Shown here: in pieces, positions 46,058 through 55,012 of the stretch | Numbering within the stretch: the first letter of the stretch is position 1 | How the letters are laid out: each line of letters starts with the position of its first letter | IMG/VR virus record: IMGVR_UViG_3300047472_000449 | Strand: one strand, 5' to 3' | Source of the DNA: a virus | Length of the DNA: 64,000 nucleotides | Notes under the pieces: model-generated | The model's database searches: none | Seen by the model: the letters and a program-made list of their open reading frames with translations, nothing else | Told to the model about the DNA's origin: nothing | Translations under genes and position numbers: made by a program

Positions 46058-46312
46058 TTAATGGCTTCCGTGCTCGCCTTCTTTTTTGGGTACAAAATAT
46101 TCGTCAGTCTCGAAATCGACGCGAGTGTTGATTGCGTTCAGGATGGCCTCTTCCAGGCTCTGACCCGTCGCGTCACACCAGCCAAAATCGCTCACATACC
46201 AGACCACACGATGCTGTTTGTAAGTGCCGTCCTTATTGAAATCGGTCTTGGCGCTGGCACCATTTTTACGGTCGTTGAGCCAGTCCCAGCACTGTTGCAT
46301 ATTCTCGCTCAT
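46058..46312 (-). CDS. hypothetical protein
   Basis: own promoter/operator. Confidence 0.7.
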   Translation of the reverse strand: MSENMQQCWDWLNDRKNGASAKTDFNKDGTYKQHRVVWYVSDFGWCDATGQSLEEAILNAINTRVDFETDEYFVPKKEGEHGSH

Positions 46313-46344
46313 GGCAGTTTCTTTCTTTGCTTTGGTAGGTGGTC

Positions 46345-46383
46345 AGTATAAACAAAAACACCGCAAAAGTCAATGCTATTGAC
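46345..46383 (-). promoter_or_regulatory. sigma70 promoter + perfect operator
   Basis: TTGACT-N17-TATACT; GTCAAT GCT ATTGAC at 46369-46383. Confidence 0.85.
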
Positions 46384-46434
46384 GATTGCGGTGTCAAATT
46401 CCTGGCCGGTCACCTGCTCGCGCAGGGCGATGGC

Positions 46435-47016
46435 TTAAGGCAGTGTGGGGGTAAACTCGAAGCGGCTGGCGGCTTTGGTGTCGGTGAAACTGTCGGCCAC
46501 TCGCTTACCGGTGAAGGTGCGGTTGACCAGAGAACCAAACACGGTCTGAATCGAGTTGTTGAATTCTTCGACGCTGGCGTTATAGATCTGGATTGCCGCG
46601 CCGACATTTTCTTCCTGCTCGACAATTTCGCGCATCAGGTTGGTCAGGATCTTCGACGCTTCAAGGTTGGGATAGGCTTCAAGTGCCACTCGTAGTCCGC
46701 CCAGCAGCTGTTGGGTGCCCGATTTGGCAGCGGCAAGGCTTGCATGGTCGGCATCGGCAGGCAGGTCGCTGAGCTGGCTGCGCAAGCTGGTGATCGACTT
46801 GAGCAAGCCGCTCTCGTACTCGTAGTAGCTTTTCACGTGCGGCACCAGTTGATCCAGAATATTGGTTTTCTGGCGCTCGTAGGTGATGACGTTGGCCCAC
46901 GCACGGCGAATGCGGTTGGCGTTGGCGATGATGCCGTTATGGATCATGATAACGGCGACACCGATAATAAACACAATGAACAGGCCGATAACAAGCGGCA
47001 CTTGGTATGATTGCAT
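46435..47016 (-). CDS. lemA: LemA family protein
   Basis: N-terminal TM; HNGII..N...AWANV; EAYPNLEAS; YNASVEEFNNSIQTVFGSLV. Confidence 0.85.
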   Translation of the reverse strand: MQSYQVPLVIGLFIVFIIGVAVIMIHNGIIANANRIRRAWANVITYERQKTNILDQLVPHVKSYYEYESGLLKSITSLRSQLSDLPADADHASLAAAKSGTQQLLGGLRVALEAYPNLEASKILTNLMREIVEQEENVGAAIQIYNASVEEFNNSIQTVFGSLVNRTFTGKRVADSFTDTKAASRFEFTPTLP

Positions 47017-47030
47017 GATGGGTCTATTCC

Positions 47031-48083
47031 TTATCCGGTGATTGTTTGGGGTTCGGCAAAGTTGTCGTCGTGTTGCTCGGCCAACGTGTGAATCTGTTGC
47101 AGGGTGTACGTGAGTTTCGGCAAGTCGATTCCGGCTTCCAGCGCGCTGTAGAGCGGTTCAGGCTTAGAAAGCGCCAGCTGATTCGGGAATGGCTCCAGAA
47201 TATCGTCATTGTTGAAGCTCATGCAGAGCTGCCCCAGGTGCGAAAATTCCAGATTCAGATCGCCGTAATGCTTGGCCATTTCCAGCAAGTGCAGAATGGT
47301 GGTCGGTTTCAGGAACTTGACGCATTCCACTTCATTGGCGCCATTGGCGTCAAAGGTGCGGTTGAAGTCTTTGTGCGCAGTGTCCACCCGGTGCTTGAAC
47401 TCTTTCTGCCCATCGTTCTGGACTTTGATGTTCTTGACCCAAGGGAAATCAATCACCACGCAATGCCGGTAAAAGGTGTCATACACGGTACGGGTTTGTG
47501 TGCGCATGCCGCCTTTGCCGTCTGACACAAGGGTCGTTTCAATGCGCTGATTGACGTACTGAAACGTCTGGTACGTGTACGCCAGCGCATGCAGGGGGCC
47601 TTGGTAAACCCCTTGCAGGGCATAGGTGATTTCGCGGCTGTAGTTGCCCCGGTCAAAATCGCCAAAATCGCGCTGAAGCTGGTGCAGGATCTGGTCTTTG
47701 GACAGGGGGATGTTTTTAAGCCCGTAACGCATCAAAGCCGACCTTTGCAGAATACTGCCAGTCAGGTCGGGGATTTGCGCGCTTCGATAGATCATGAAAC
47801 CGAGGGTGCAGATCAGCATGACCGCGCCGAGGATCGCGCTGCCGAACATCAGTGCGGTGAGTTCTGGGCTCAACAGCCGTCCACTGCTGATGTTCATGAT
47901 CAGCGGCACGGTCAGCAGGGCGGAAAACAGGGCGAACAAGGCCGCTGGCGTATTGCTGTACTCCAGCGGCCCTTGGTGATCGCGAAACGATTTCACAACC
48001 GCCAGCAGGTCGGTTTGGGTGCAAGGCTGATCGAGCCGGTTCGTGGCGCTCTTGATCAGCGCGCTCAGGGTTTTGTTGCTCAT
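47031..48083 (-). CDS. DUF3137-like membrane protein (LemA partner)
   Basis: two TM helices, FDRGNYSRE, FNRTFD...E..CVKFLKP motifs; adjacent to lemA. Confidence 0.7.
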   Translation of the reverse strand: MSNKTLSALIKSATNRLDQPCTQTDLLAVVKSFRDHQGPLEYSNTPAALFALFSALLTVPLIMNISSGRLLSPELTALMFGSAILGAVMLICTLGFMIYRSAQIPDLTGSILQRSALMRYGLKNIPLSKDQILHQLQRDFGDFDRGNYSREITYALQGVYQGPLHALAYTYQTFQYVNQRIETTLVSDGKGGMRTQTRTVYDTFYRHCVVIDFPWVKNIKVQNDGQKEFKHRVDTAHKDFNRTFDANGANEVECVKFLKPTTILHLLEMAKHYGDLNLEFSHLGQLCMSFNNDDILEPFPNQLALSKPEPLYSALEAGIDLPKLTYTLQQIHTLAEQHDDNFAEPQTITG

Positions 48084-48100
48084 CAGCCTTCGGTTCCCAA

Positions 48101-48583
48101 TCAGTTGGTGGAGAGCAGGCCGAGACCTTTCATGACGTTCAGCACTTCGCTTTCCGTCCACTTCGGCACGATGTTGTTGCCGCACAGGTTCTGCCACTCA
48201 TCGGCGGTCATCTTCTCGACAATGGGCAGCCAGACCGAGCGGTCGTCTTCACCGCAATGGGTGTAGACAAAAACGCCGTCATCCCATTCCATCGGTGCAT
48301 CATTCACCGCGAAGGCGATGGTTTCCGCCAGAATGAACAGACCGCCGCTCATCCAATCACACGGGATATCAGCGTGCTTGGCGTCCCACGAATCTGCGGG
48401 AAGTTCGTTTTGGTGGCGCACCTCGCCTTTACGCTTTGCTTGCAGCGAGTGCGAGTTCTGGTAAATCCCCTCGGCAATTTTGGCTTCCCAGAGAAACATC
48501 TGACGGGCAATGAAACCAGCGGTAATCGGATCTGCCGAGGTGAAAGTGTTTTTTGGGGTGGCAGCGACGGCGGCTTGGGTCAT
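48101..48583 (-). CDS. hypothetical protein
   Basis: GGAG RBS; promoter/operator 48644-48682. Confidence 0.7.
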   Translation of the reverse strand: MTQAAVAATPKNTFTSADPITAGFIARQMFLWEAKIAEGIYQNSHSLQAKRKGEVRHQNELPADSWDAKHADIPCDWMSGGLFILAETIAFAVNDAPMEWDDGVFVYTHCGEDDRSVWLPIVEKMTADEWQNLCGNNIVPKWTESEVLNVMKGLGLLSTN

Positions 48584-48712
48584 GACAATCTCCAGCAATT
48601 GGCGAGAGAAACCGGATTGACCGGTTTCTGTTCCGAGAAGCATATAATACCCGAATAACGGCTATTTGTCAACAAAAATGACGCTTGCGCCATGGATATT
48701 ATCAATGAATCA

Positions 48713-48958
48713 TTAACGAAGATAAGGGTTTTTCTTGAGGTCGTCCAGCTTGCGAATAGCGCTCTGAAGTTCCCGGCGACCGCTGGAAAACACATCCACA
48801 CCGGTCAGCATTTTGAATGCCGTAGCCACGGCACACAGACGGACGGTCTGTGTGTTATCCAGTGAATAGTCCTCCCACGGTTTAATATCACCAGCATAAA
48901 AGGCTTCGGCCAGATCGGAGAAGGTGCTGGCGTTTTCAAGAATCGTTACGTTGGTCAT
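48713..48958 (-). CDS. hypothetical protein (paralog of 50182..50454)
   Basis: DLAEAF...VRL.A....F..LTGVD motif. Confidence 0.75.
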   Translation of the reverse strand: MTNVTILENASTFSDLAEAFYAGDIKPWEDYSLDNTQTVRLCAVATAFKMLTGVDVFSSGRRELQSAIRKLDDLKKNPYLR

Positions 48959-49083
48959 GTCTATTCTCTATTTGTGCAGCATGTGTTGGCGCGCATTGTA
49001 TTCACTCCGCCTGTTCATGTCTGCTATGCAGCGAAAAGGCCCCGCACGAATTGATTCGGCGAGGCCTGGGGTTGGTTCTGGCC

Positions 49084-49422
49084 TCAGGCAAAGCTGAGGT
49101 AGACCATTGTGGTGTCTTCGAAGACGGACTTCAGCATGTCGTTATAGATGCCTTCAGCCGTCTCGATAACGTCCAGTTGCATTTCACCGCCTTCAGGACG
49201 GTGAACGCGGCTGAAGGTCACGTCATACAGATCGGAATCGTTCAGGATGATCTCAACGCGGTTGATGTCGTTTTTAGCCGCCAGATCCGAAGGAAACTGA
49301 ATGCGCAGGCCCTTTTCGACGGCGATCAGTTGCGAGCCGGTGAACAGGCGCAGGACTTTAACGCCGCCCATTTGGGCTGCAATTTCGTTGGCGATCTGGG
49401 TGTTTTCGTTGGCTTGCGACAT
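49084..49422 (-). CDS. conserved phage/plasmid hypothetical protein
   Basis: IANEIAAQMGG ... DLYDVTF ... GIYNDML...FE..T motif. Confidence 0.8.
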   Translation of the reverse strand: MSQANENTQIANEIAAQMGGVKVLRLFTGSQLIAVEKGLRIQFPSDLAAKNDINRVEIILNDSDLYDVTFSRVHRPEGGEMQLDVIETAEGIYNDMLKSVFEDTTMVYLSFA

Positions 49423-49450
49423 GAGCCGATCCTCTCGTTTCGATGGGTTC

Positions 49451-49490
49451 ATTATAGGCAAGCGAGATCGCAATGTCAATAGTATTGACA
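49451..49490 (-). promoter_or_regulatory. sigma70 promoter + perfect operator
   Basis: TGTCAAT AGT ATTGACA; TTGACA-N17-TATAAT. Confidence 0.9.
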
Positions 49491-49513
49491 CTGTTTTTTG
49501 TGCGATGCCTGCC

Positions 49514-50173
49514 TCAGTCCCTTGCTAGGGCGCTCGGGCTATTCAGTAACCAATAGGACTCTGGGTCTTTTATAAAACCAAGCTTTTCATAAAAACCGTA
49601 CAGTCTTTGGGCTTCTGTTTTGAACAAAGCTTCTTTTTTGCCATTGTCCTGCTCAAGACGCCATGTCCCTTTGAAGGGGTAAGCCTTCAGCAGGGTGAAG
49701 TCGGCCAAATGCCGATAGTGTCCCAACGCTTGCACCAGTTTCGAACCGATCCCCTGGCATTGCCAATTGGGGTGAACCGTGACGTTATCGAGGTACATCA
49801 ACCGATAATCGAAGTCAGATTCGCGCTGGCGAGCCATTGGGGGCAGGTAGCCGAAATGGCTGGCCAAATCCGTAAAAGGCTGTGTGTAGCGGCTGGAGGC
49901 GCTCAGATCCTCATGCAGCCAGCGACCGCCAAACCCAAATGCAAACTCGCACAGCTCATCGTGGTCGATTTCTTGATAGAGCATTTTGCCGACTCGCTTC
50001 ACGCCGCCCTCCGCATACGCCGATGGCAGATCAAACAACACGGCATCCAGATGACCTGCTTCACTGTCATCGACAAAGGCGCGAATGGTGATCTGCTGCT
50101 GATAACACAGCGATGCGCAATCCTCTTGCGAGACATGCTGAGAGAACTTGAGGCGAAGGTCGGCTGTTTTCAT
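49514..50173 (-). CDS. GNAT-family N-acetyltransferase
   Basis: YLDNVTVHPNWQCQGIGSKLV acetyl-CoA motif A; LYGFYEKLGF. Confidence 0.8.
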   Translation of the reverse strand: MKTADLRLKFSQHVSQEDCASLCYQQQITIRAFVDDSEAGHLDAVLFDLPSAYAEGGVKRVGKMLYQEIDHDELCEFAFGFGGRWLHEDLSASSRYTQPFTDLASHFGYLPPMARQRESDFDYRLMYLDNVTVHPNWQCQGIGSKLVQALGHYRHLADFTLLKAYPFKGTWRLEQDNGKKEALFKTEAQRLYGFYEKLGFIKDPESYWLLNSPSALARD

Positions 50174-50181
50174 GGCAAGCG

Positions 50182-50454
50182 TCAGGTCGTTTCTTTGTAC
50201 GGCACATGGTCTTGCAGCATGAGTGTGTCCACCTTCACGATGGCGCGCATAAAATCGATGCGGTCACACGTGAGGGGGTCAACACCCGTCAAGATCTGGA
50301 ACATCGCCGTCAGCGCTTTCAGTCGAACCGCCTCGTTCTGATCCAGCACGGTTTTCATCGGCGGAATATTATCGTCGTGAAAGGCTTCAGCCAGATCATA
50401 CAGGGAGAGGTTGGGAATGTAGGTCGATGGAACGTTGGTGATGTTGTGGCTCAT
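50182..50454 (-). CDS. hypothetical protein (paralog of 48713..48958)
   Basis: shared motif. Confidence 0.75.
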   Translation of the reverse strand: MSHNITNVPSTYIPNLSLYDLAEAFHDDNIPPMKTVLDQNEAVRLKALTAMFQILTGVDPLTCDRIDFMRAIVKVDTLMLQDHVPYKETT

Positions 50455-50540
50455 GATGCGCCCTAGTGTTATCAGTGACTTCAAAACGGCTCAGGCCCTT
50501 TTGATCAGGGCTGTGCTCAGGTGCGCTTGTCGGAGCTTTT

Positions 50541-50723
50541 TTACCAGTAACGGATGTGCTCGCCGGTTTCATCGAGGACTTCGACGCGGCTCAGGCCCTT
50601 CTGGTCAGCAGCGTGCTCGGCGCGGTAAATCCATTCATCATCGCCCGACTGCAAAGCAGCGGCCACGCGCTCGGCTTCTTCCGGGGAGTACGACGAGGGA
50701 ACGGTGTTGATCAGCAGGCCCAT
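50541..50723 (-). CDS. small acidic protein (60 aa)
   Basis: promoter/operator 50754-50792. Confidence 0.7.
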   Translation of the reverse strand: MGLLINTVPSSYSPEEAERVAAALQSGDDEWIYRAEHAADQKGLSRVEVLDETGEHIRYW

Positions 50724-50831
50724 GATCTTTCTCGATGTCTTGAATGTGTGATGATTATATCAGGAGCCCGCTCAATTGTCAATACAGATGACTATTTATG
50801 CGGTTTTCGGCGATGATTTTCCTTCCTATCC

Positions 50832-51284
50832 TCAAAAAGGCTCGAAGATCAGAAAGGTCAAAAACACTGCAAGCATTCCAGTGCCAAAATCATTCTCAAA
50901 ATCGCCCGTGCTTATAGCGCGTGCCAAAATGACCACACTCCAACATGCGCCGATGAGCATCATCCAGATAAAGGAATTTATGATCGTTCGCTTGAATGGC
51001 TGATGAGATTTCGTGTCGTTATTTCTCAGAAAATACAGTATTAGAAAACACATAAATCCTGCACAAGCAAAGATAACGGTCATTACTTTTGCTACGGCCA
51101 TTGAGGTTGAGTAATTTACCACGTATACGACAGTCGCGAGCCATGGTGACAGAGTGTCACTTGGACTGTCACCTCCCGCTGCTTGCAGGATTGGCCAAGC
51201 TTTTATAGCCAAAACAAAAAAAATAGCGATTGTCGCCGTGACGCCAAATGCAAACAGGGTCGCAGACCGGGGTGTGTGATTCAT
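50832..51284 (-). CDS. membrane protein (paralog of 51372..51860)
   Basis: MNHTPRSA start; about 4 TM; AT-rich. Confidence 0.75.
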   Translation of the reverse strand: MNHTPRSATLFAFGVTATIAIFFVLAIKAWPILQAAGGDSPSDTLSPWLATVVYVVNYSTSMAVAKVMTVIFACAGFMCFLILYFLRNNDTKSHQPFKRTIINSFIWMMLIGACWSVVILARAISTGDFENDFGTGMLAVFLTFLIFEPF

Positions 51285-51371
51285 GGATACTCCTTTATTT
51301 GGAATTATAAGGTCGCTTGTCGGAACAACTCATCGCGCCATTGTTAATGTCGATGACTACTTATTCATTTT

Positions 51372-51860
51372 TCAGCGCTGATATTTTTTTGCTGTAAGTT
51401 CGCCCCAGATGCTACCAAAAACCAATGCAAAAAAGCTCACAGCAGCGGCCATCATGCCCATGAAGAAATTGGATTCAAAGTCACCTGCGACGGCAGATCG
51501 AAACGTAATAATCATGCTCCAATAAATCGCAGTGCCCATTATCCAGAAGTAACACTTATTGATCGTTAGCTTAAACTTTTGATCCGCTTGAATATCGTTA
51601 TTTCTCAAAAAATACTGCATGAGTAGACACGTGAAACCAACGACAAAAGCGACAACTGACATTACCTTTGCCACATTCAGTGAGGTTGCATAATTAAGCA
51701 CCACTACAAATGGACTACCGGGTGACAGGATATTACTCATAATGTCGCCTACCACGGGTTGCACGCTCGGCCATATATTGACGGCAATTACTCCGAACAT
51801 GACCATCGTTGCCATGATGCCTACTGAATACAAGATCGCAGACCGTGGGGTGTGATTCAT
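51372..51860 (-). CDS. membrane protein (paralog of 50832..51284)
   Basis: MNHTPRSA start; about 4 TM; AT-rich. Confidence 0.75.
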   Translation of the reverse strand: MNHTPRSAILYSVGIMATMVMFGVIAVNIWPSVQPVVGDIMSNILSPGSPFVVVLNYATSLNVAKVMSVVAFVVGFTCLLMQYFLRNNDIQADQKFKLTINKCYFWIMGTAIYWSMIITFRSAVAGDFESNFFMGMMAAAVSFFALVFGSIWGELTAKKYQR

Positions 51861-51990
51861 GCAGTTACTCCTAGTTAATTTCGATTAATTTGTTCGGCGA
51901 ACAATACTGTTGTACTTGAACACTCAACCATTTCGTCCGTTTAAGCCGCGTAGGCCACAGACAAAGCTTTTTCTTGGCCTGGGTCAGCCT

Positions 51991-52185
51991 TCAACGCTCA
52001 AACGCTCGCCTCTGGCGCCTGAAATCAGCCAAGACTTTCTTTTCCAGTGCCGACTGTCTTTTAAAATCGCCATAGGACTGTACGACATAGGCTGGCATCC
52101 CGTTCTGAGTGATGGTAATTGGCCCCTCACTAAAATCAAGTTTTGAGGCATTCACTTTAAGGTCACTGACGGTCGCAAACGACAT
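51991..52185 (-). CDS. Phd/YefM-family antitoxin-like protein (orphan)
   Basis: TVSDLKVNAS...PITITQNGMPAYVV motif. Confidence 0.7.
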   Translation of the reverse strand: MSFATVSDLKVNASKLDFSEGPITITQNGMPAYVVQSYGDFKRQSALEKKVLADFRRQRRAFER

Positions 52186-52291
52186 ACTGGATACTCATCG
52201 ATAGGATTGTAATTTTAAACTTATGGCTTGGGGGTCGAGGCATCAAAATGCTACAGGGTCGTTGACCCTAAATGGCCAGCCGGTGCTTGTG

Positions 52292-52591
52292 TCAGGCCCT
52301 TCTCCACGATCTTGCAGCGCGAAGCACCTGCAATTGATCCGTATCGACCGATTGCTTGGCTTGACTGATGTCATAGGCGCTCTGCATGCCCATCCAGTCC
52401 TCCGCAGAGCCGCCCAGCACGTGAGCAAGGCGCACCGCCATCTCACTGGAGAGCGCCGCTTTTCCGCTGAGCAAGCGGCTTACGCTGGCGGGAGAGACAT
52501 TCAATGCAACGGCCAGTTGTTGAGCAGAAATATTCATCGGCTCCAGGAAACGGAGGCGCAAGATTCCACCCGGATGACGAGGGCTGATCAT
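52292..52591 (-). CDS. higA: HigA-family XRE-HTH antitoxin (orphan)
   Basis: HPGGIL...LEPMNISAQQLAVALNVSPASVSRLLSGKAALSSEMAVRL...W..MQSAYD. Confidence 0.8.
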   Translation of the reverse strand: MISPRHPGGILRLRFLEPMNISAQQLAVALNVSPASVSRLLSGKAALSSEMAVRLAHVLGGSAEDWMGMQSAYDISQAKQSVDTDQLQVLRAARSWRRA

Positions 52592-52609
52592 GAGAAAGTC
52601 CAGATAATT

Positions 52610-52789
52610 TTAGGGTTGACTGTCGATTTTGGCGACTTGAGAACGCGCCTTGGAGGCCTCAAAAGCATCGTTGAGATGCTTCCTGGTCGCGGCGCGATCA
52701 GACGCGCTGATCCGGATGCCGCCGACACCATTGCCGAGTTCCACCAGCGCCATAATGGCGGGCTGAATAACCTCTTTATGGTTGTCCAT
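52610..52789 (-). CDS. 59-aa hypothetical protein (absent from ORF track)
   Basis: manual translation MDNHKEVIQPAIMALVELGNG...; downstream of promoter 52830-52858. Confidence 0.55.
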   Translation of the reverse strand: MDNHKEVIQPAIMALVELGNGVGGIRISASDRAATRKHLNDAFEASKARSQVAKIDSQP

Positions 52790-52918
52790 GGCAGTATCCC
52801 TGAGAACATGATTCGATTAACAGATCATCATTATGATTGCGCATTGCGCAATTGTCAATATTTAATGATTATTATCTGTGTGCCGAACAAAGCTTTTGCT
52901 CTTCTCAAACAAAGCTTT

Positions 52919-53305
52919 TCAGGCAGCCATTGCGACAGGGAGGCTGAGTGGATCTTGAGTCCAGATGGCGTGACAATTGGCGCACAGCACCCGGCATTTG
53001 GCCAGTTCGGCGTTGATGATCGCCCACGGCCTTCTGAAGATCGACGCCATCTCGTAAGACTTGAGGGCAGGATCAATGTGATCGAACGTCAGCGCGCTGG
53101 CGTGCGCCTTGTAGCCGCAGCACTGGCAGCCCTTGTCGAGCTTGATCTGGCGCAGGTGCTCCCGACGCTCCTCGTAGACTTTCAGTTTTCCGAAGATTGT
53201 CCGGCACTTTTTCGTGCAGCAGGACTGATCGCTTCGCCGGGGCGTGAAGCCATTTCCGCATTGAATGCAGGCGACCTCACAGGCACCCTGCTCCGCAGCT
53301 GTCAT
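52919..53305 (-). CDS. HNH endonuclease-like protein
   Basis: CQCCG...TFDHIDP...KCRVLCANCH; extra N-terminal CxxC...CC..C. Confidence 0.8.
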   Translation of the reverse strand: MTAAEQGACEVACIQCGNGFTPRRSDQSCCTKKCRTIFGKLKVYEERREHLRQIKLDKGCQCCGYKAHASALTFDHIDPALKSYEMASIFRRPWAIINAELAKCRVLCANCHAIWTQDPLSLPVAMAA

Positions 53306-53748
53306 CGGGCCTTACCGGGCTTCAGTCGGTTAACCACCAGCAAAGCTTTTGCCTTGATCAAGCCAAGCTTTGGCAGTTTGCGTGAGGCCGCTCGCCACAG
53401 ATCCAGCGCGAAGCCTTCGCAGTAGAGCTGAGCATGCCAGCAAAGCTTTTTGACGCGGCCCAGCTTGATGTTTTCATGCGCGCAAAACTCTTCGTCGCAG
53501 GCGATGTTGTAGGTGCCATTCCAGTGAGCCTGGATCAGCAATTCCTTGATCTTGGCCAGCACTGGAAAGCGGGCGTTTTCCTTGACGTGTTTGTAGAAAT
53601 TTTCAACGTACAGCTGGAAATGCCAGCCTTTGGTGTCGAAATAGCCCAGCTGTTCCTTGCGCTTGTACTTGGCCACGGTTTCATCGTAGGCGATGGCGTA
53701 CATGGCAACGGTGTGAGCGGCGCGGAGGACGGCAAAGAACGCGAGCAT
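53302..53748 (-). CDS. hypothetical protein
   Basis: ATGA coupling to HNH gene. Confidence 0.65.
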   Translation of the reverse strand: MLAFFAVLRAAHTVAMYAIAYDETVAKYKRKEQLGYFDTKGWHFQLYVENFYKHVKENARFPVLAKIKELLIQAHWNGTYNIACDEEFCAHENIKLGRVKKLCWHAQLYCEGFALDLWRAASRKLPKLGLIKAKALLVVNRLKPGKAR

Positions 53749-53820
53749 GGGTGATTTCCTGTAAAGGGTAATGAAGGGCGAAGGCTGGCGCTCACAATAG
53801 GCGCCAGCTGCACTCAGATC

Positions 53821-54147
53821 TTAGTTGCTGGTCGCCCGGCAGATCACATGCTTGCGGATCGATTCGGGCAGATCCAGCCAGCGGATCTTTTTGCCGGAGG
53901 CATCACGGTTCATGCTTGGGCACTCGCCCCACTGACTGAAGCCTTGCGGGTGCGAAGGGGATTCGCTCATGCACAGGTACTCAACAGCGCGATTACGGGC
54001 CAGTGCTTCGTTGTACAGCGAGCCACCGAAAAACACAGTGTAACGATCAACGGTTTTGCCGCCGTTGTCGTGAACCGACAGAATGTATTCAGGAGCCTGT
54101 TCCATCCAGCGTTGAGTGGCGCGGCGTGGGCGGTAGGTAGTGGACAT
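53821..54147 (-). CDS. conserved phage-type hypothetical protein
   Basis: DNGGKTVDRYTV ... HPQGFSQ ... GKKI.W.DLP motif. Confidence 0.8.
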   Translation of the reverse strand: MSTTYRPRRATQRWMEQAPEYILSVHDNGGKTVDRYTVFFGGSLYNEALARNRAVEYLCMSESPSHPQGFSQWGECPSMNRDASGKKIRWLDLPESIRKHVICRATSN

Positions 54148-54181
54148 GGCGGTGACTCCCGATCATTCATTTGATGGGATA

Positions 54182-54220
54182 ATTATATCGAAGCCCGCCA
54201 TCAATGTCAATGGCATTGAC
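54182..54220 (-). promoter_or_regulatory. sigma70 promoter + perfect operator
   Basis: GTCAAT GGC ATTGAC at 54206-54220; TTGACA-N17-TATAAT. Confidence 0.9.
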
Positions 54221-54234
54221 GATTAAATGCGATA

Positions 54235-54918
54235 TTAACTTGGCTGGAGTTCTATGCGCTCTACCTTGTGGAAAAAGGTTGGCAGTGCCCGCCAGTTAAC
54301 ATTTAGCACGTGTTTCAGGAAAGGTTCGTTATGGCTGAACTGCATGGCCATGCCGGTAAAATAAGCCGAGCAGCGGTGTGTGCTACCCAGCGGGGTGGTG
54401 TAATCGAAGCTCGACCCCTGTGCCCAATCATCAATGGGATTAAACGCCTCAACAATCCCGGCGTTATTCAGGTAATCCACGGTCTGTTGCATCTGTGTGC
54501 GCTTGCCGATGTTGTTCAGGCGCCACAAATGGGTGACACGATCCACGTAGCGCACGTAGGACAGGTGCAAGAGCGACCACTGGCAACCGGACACAGGAAA
54601 GGATTCCGACACAAAATCTTTGCAGAGAATACCAATGTCGTCCCGGTCACGAATGTCACTACGGATATGAGCCAATCCACCCATGTTGCTTAGATGGTCA
54701 TTGGCAAATTCCTGGATGTTTTTGCATCCGTAGGATTCTCGCGGCTGAGTGCCCATGACAAGGTGCTCAAGGTGGCTTTTGACCAAGTTTTCGACCATTT
54801 TTGAGTAATGCTCGATGTCCGAAGGGTGCGTGATCGCACGCTTGGTCACCACACCAATAACGCCATGGTGTTCCACCGGCTCGGGCGCAGAACTTTTTGC
54901 AGTCAAAAGCTTGATCAT
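54235..54918 (-). CDS. hypothetical protein (227 aa)
   Basis: own promoter/operator. Confidence 0.7.
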   Translation of the reverse strand: MIKLLTAKSSAPEPVEHHGVIGVVTKRAITHPSDIEHYSKMVENLVKSHLEHLVMGTQPRESYGCKNIQEFANDHLSNMGGLAHIRSDIRDRDDIGILCKDFVSESFPVSGCQWSLLHLSYVRYVDRVTHLWRLNNIGKRTQMQQTVDYLNNAGIVEAFNPIDDWAQGSSFDYTTPLGSTHRCSAYFTGMAMQFSHNEPFLKHVLNVNWRALPTFFHKVERIELQPS

Positions 54919-54959
54919 GTGTTCTTCCTATAGCCGCGACACGGCCTATTAAGGTGAAC

Positions 54960-54998
54960 AGTTTAGCGATCCCAACAGCAATTGTCAATGGTATTGAC
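54960..54998 (-). promoter_or_regulatory. sigma70 promoter + perfect operator
   Basis: GTCAAT GGT ATTGAC at 54984-54998; TTGACA-N17-TAAACT. Confidence 0.85.
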
Positions 54999-55012
54999 CG
55001 CCATTCAATTCA

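Noticed and set aside
44018-46312. Named anti-CRISPR or ArdA/KlcA genes
   Set aside because: No sequence matches a family I recognise; only composition and context are suggestive
28996-49490. Palindrome as back-to-back divergent promoters
   Set aside because: At 28999 and 49475 the outward TTGACA has no -10 at 17 bp and no plus-strand gene follows
51343-51357. Operator GTTAAT GTC GATGAC
   Set aside because: Degenerate and no -10 at the expected spacing, so not counted in the regulon
52588-52809. HigB toxin upstream of higA
   Set aside because: Neither this ORF nor the overlapping 59-aa ORF shows RelE/HigB features
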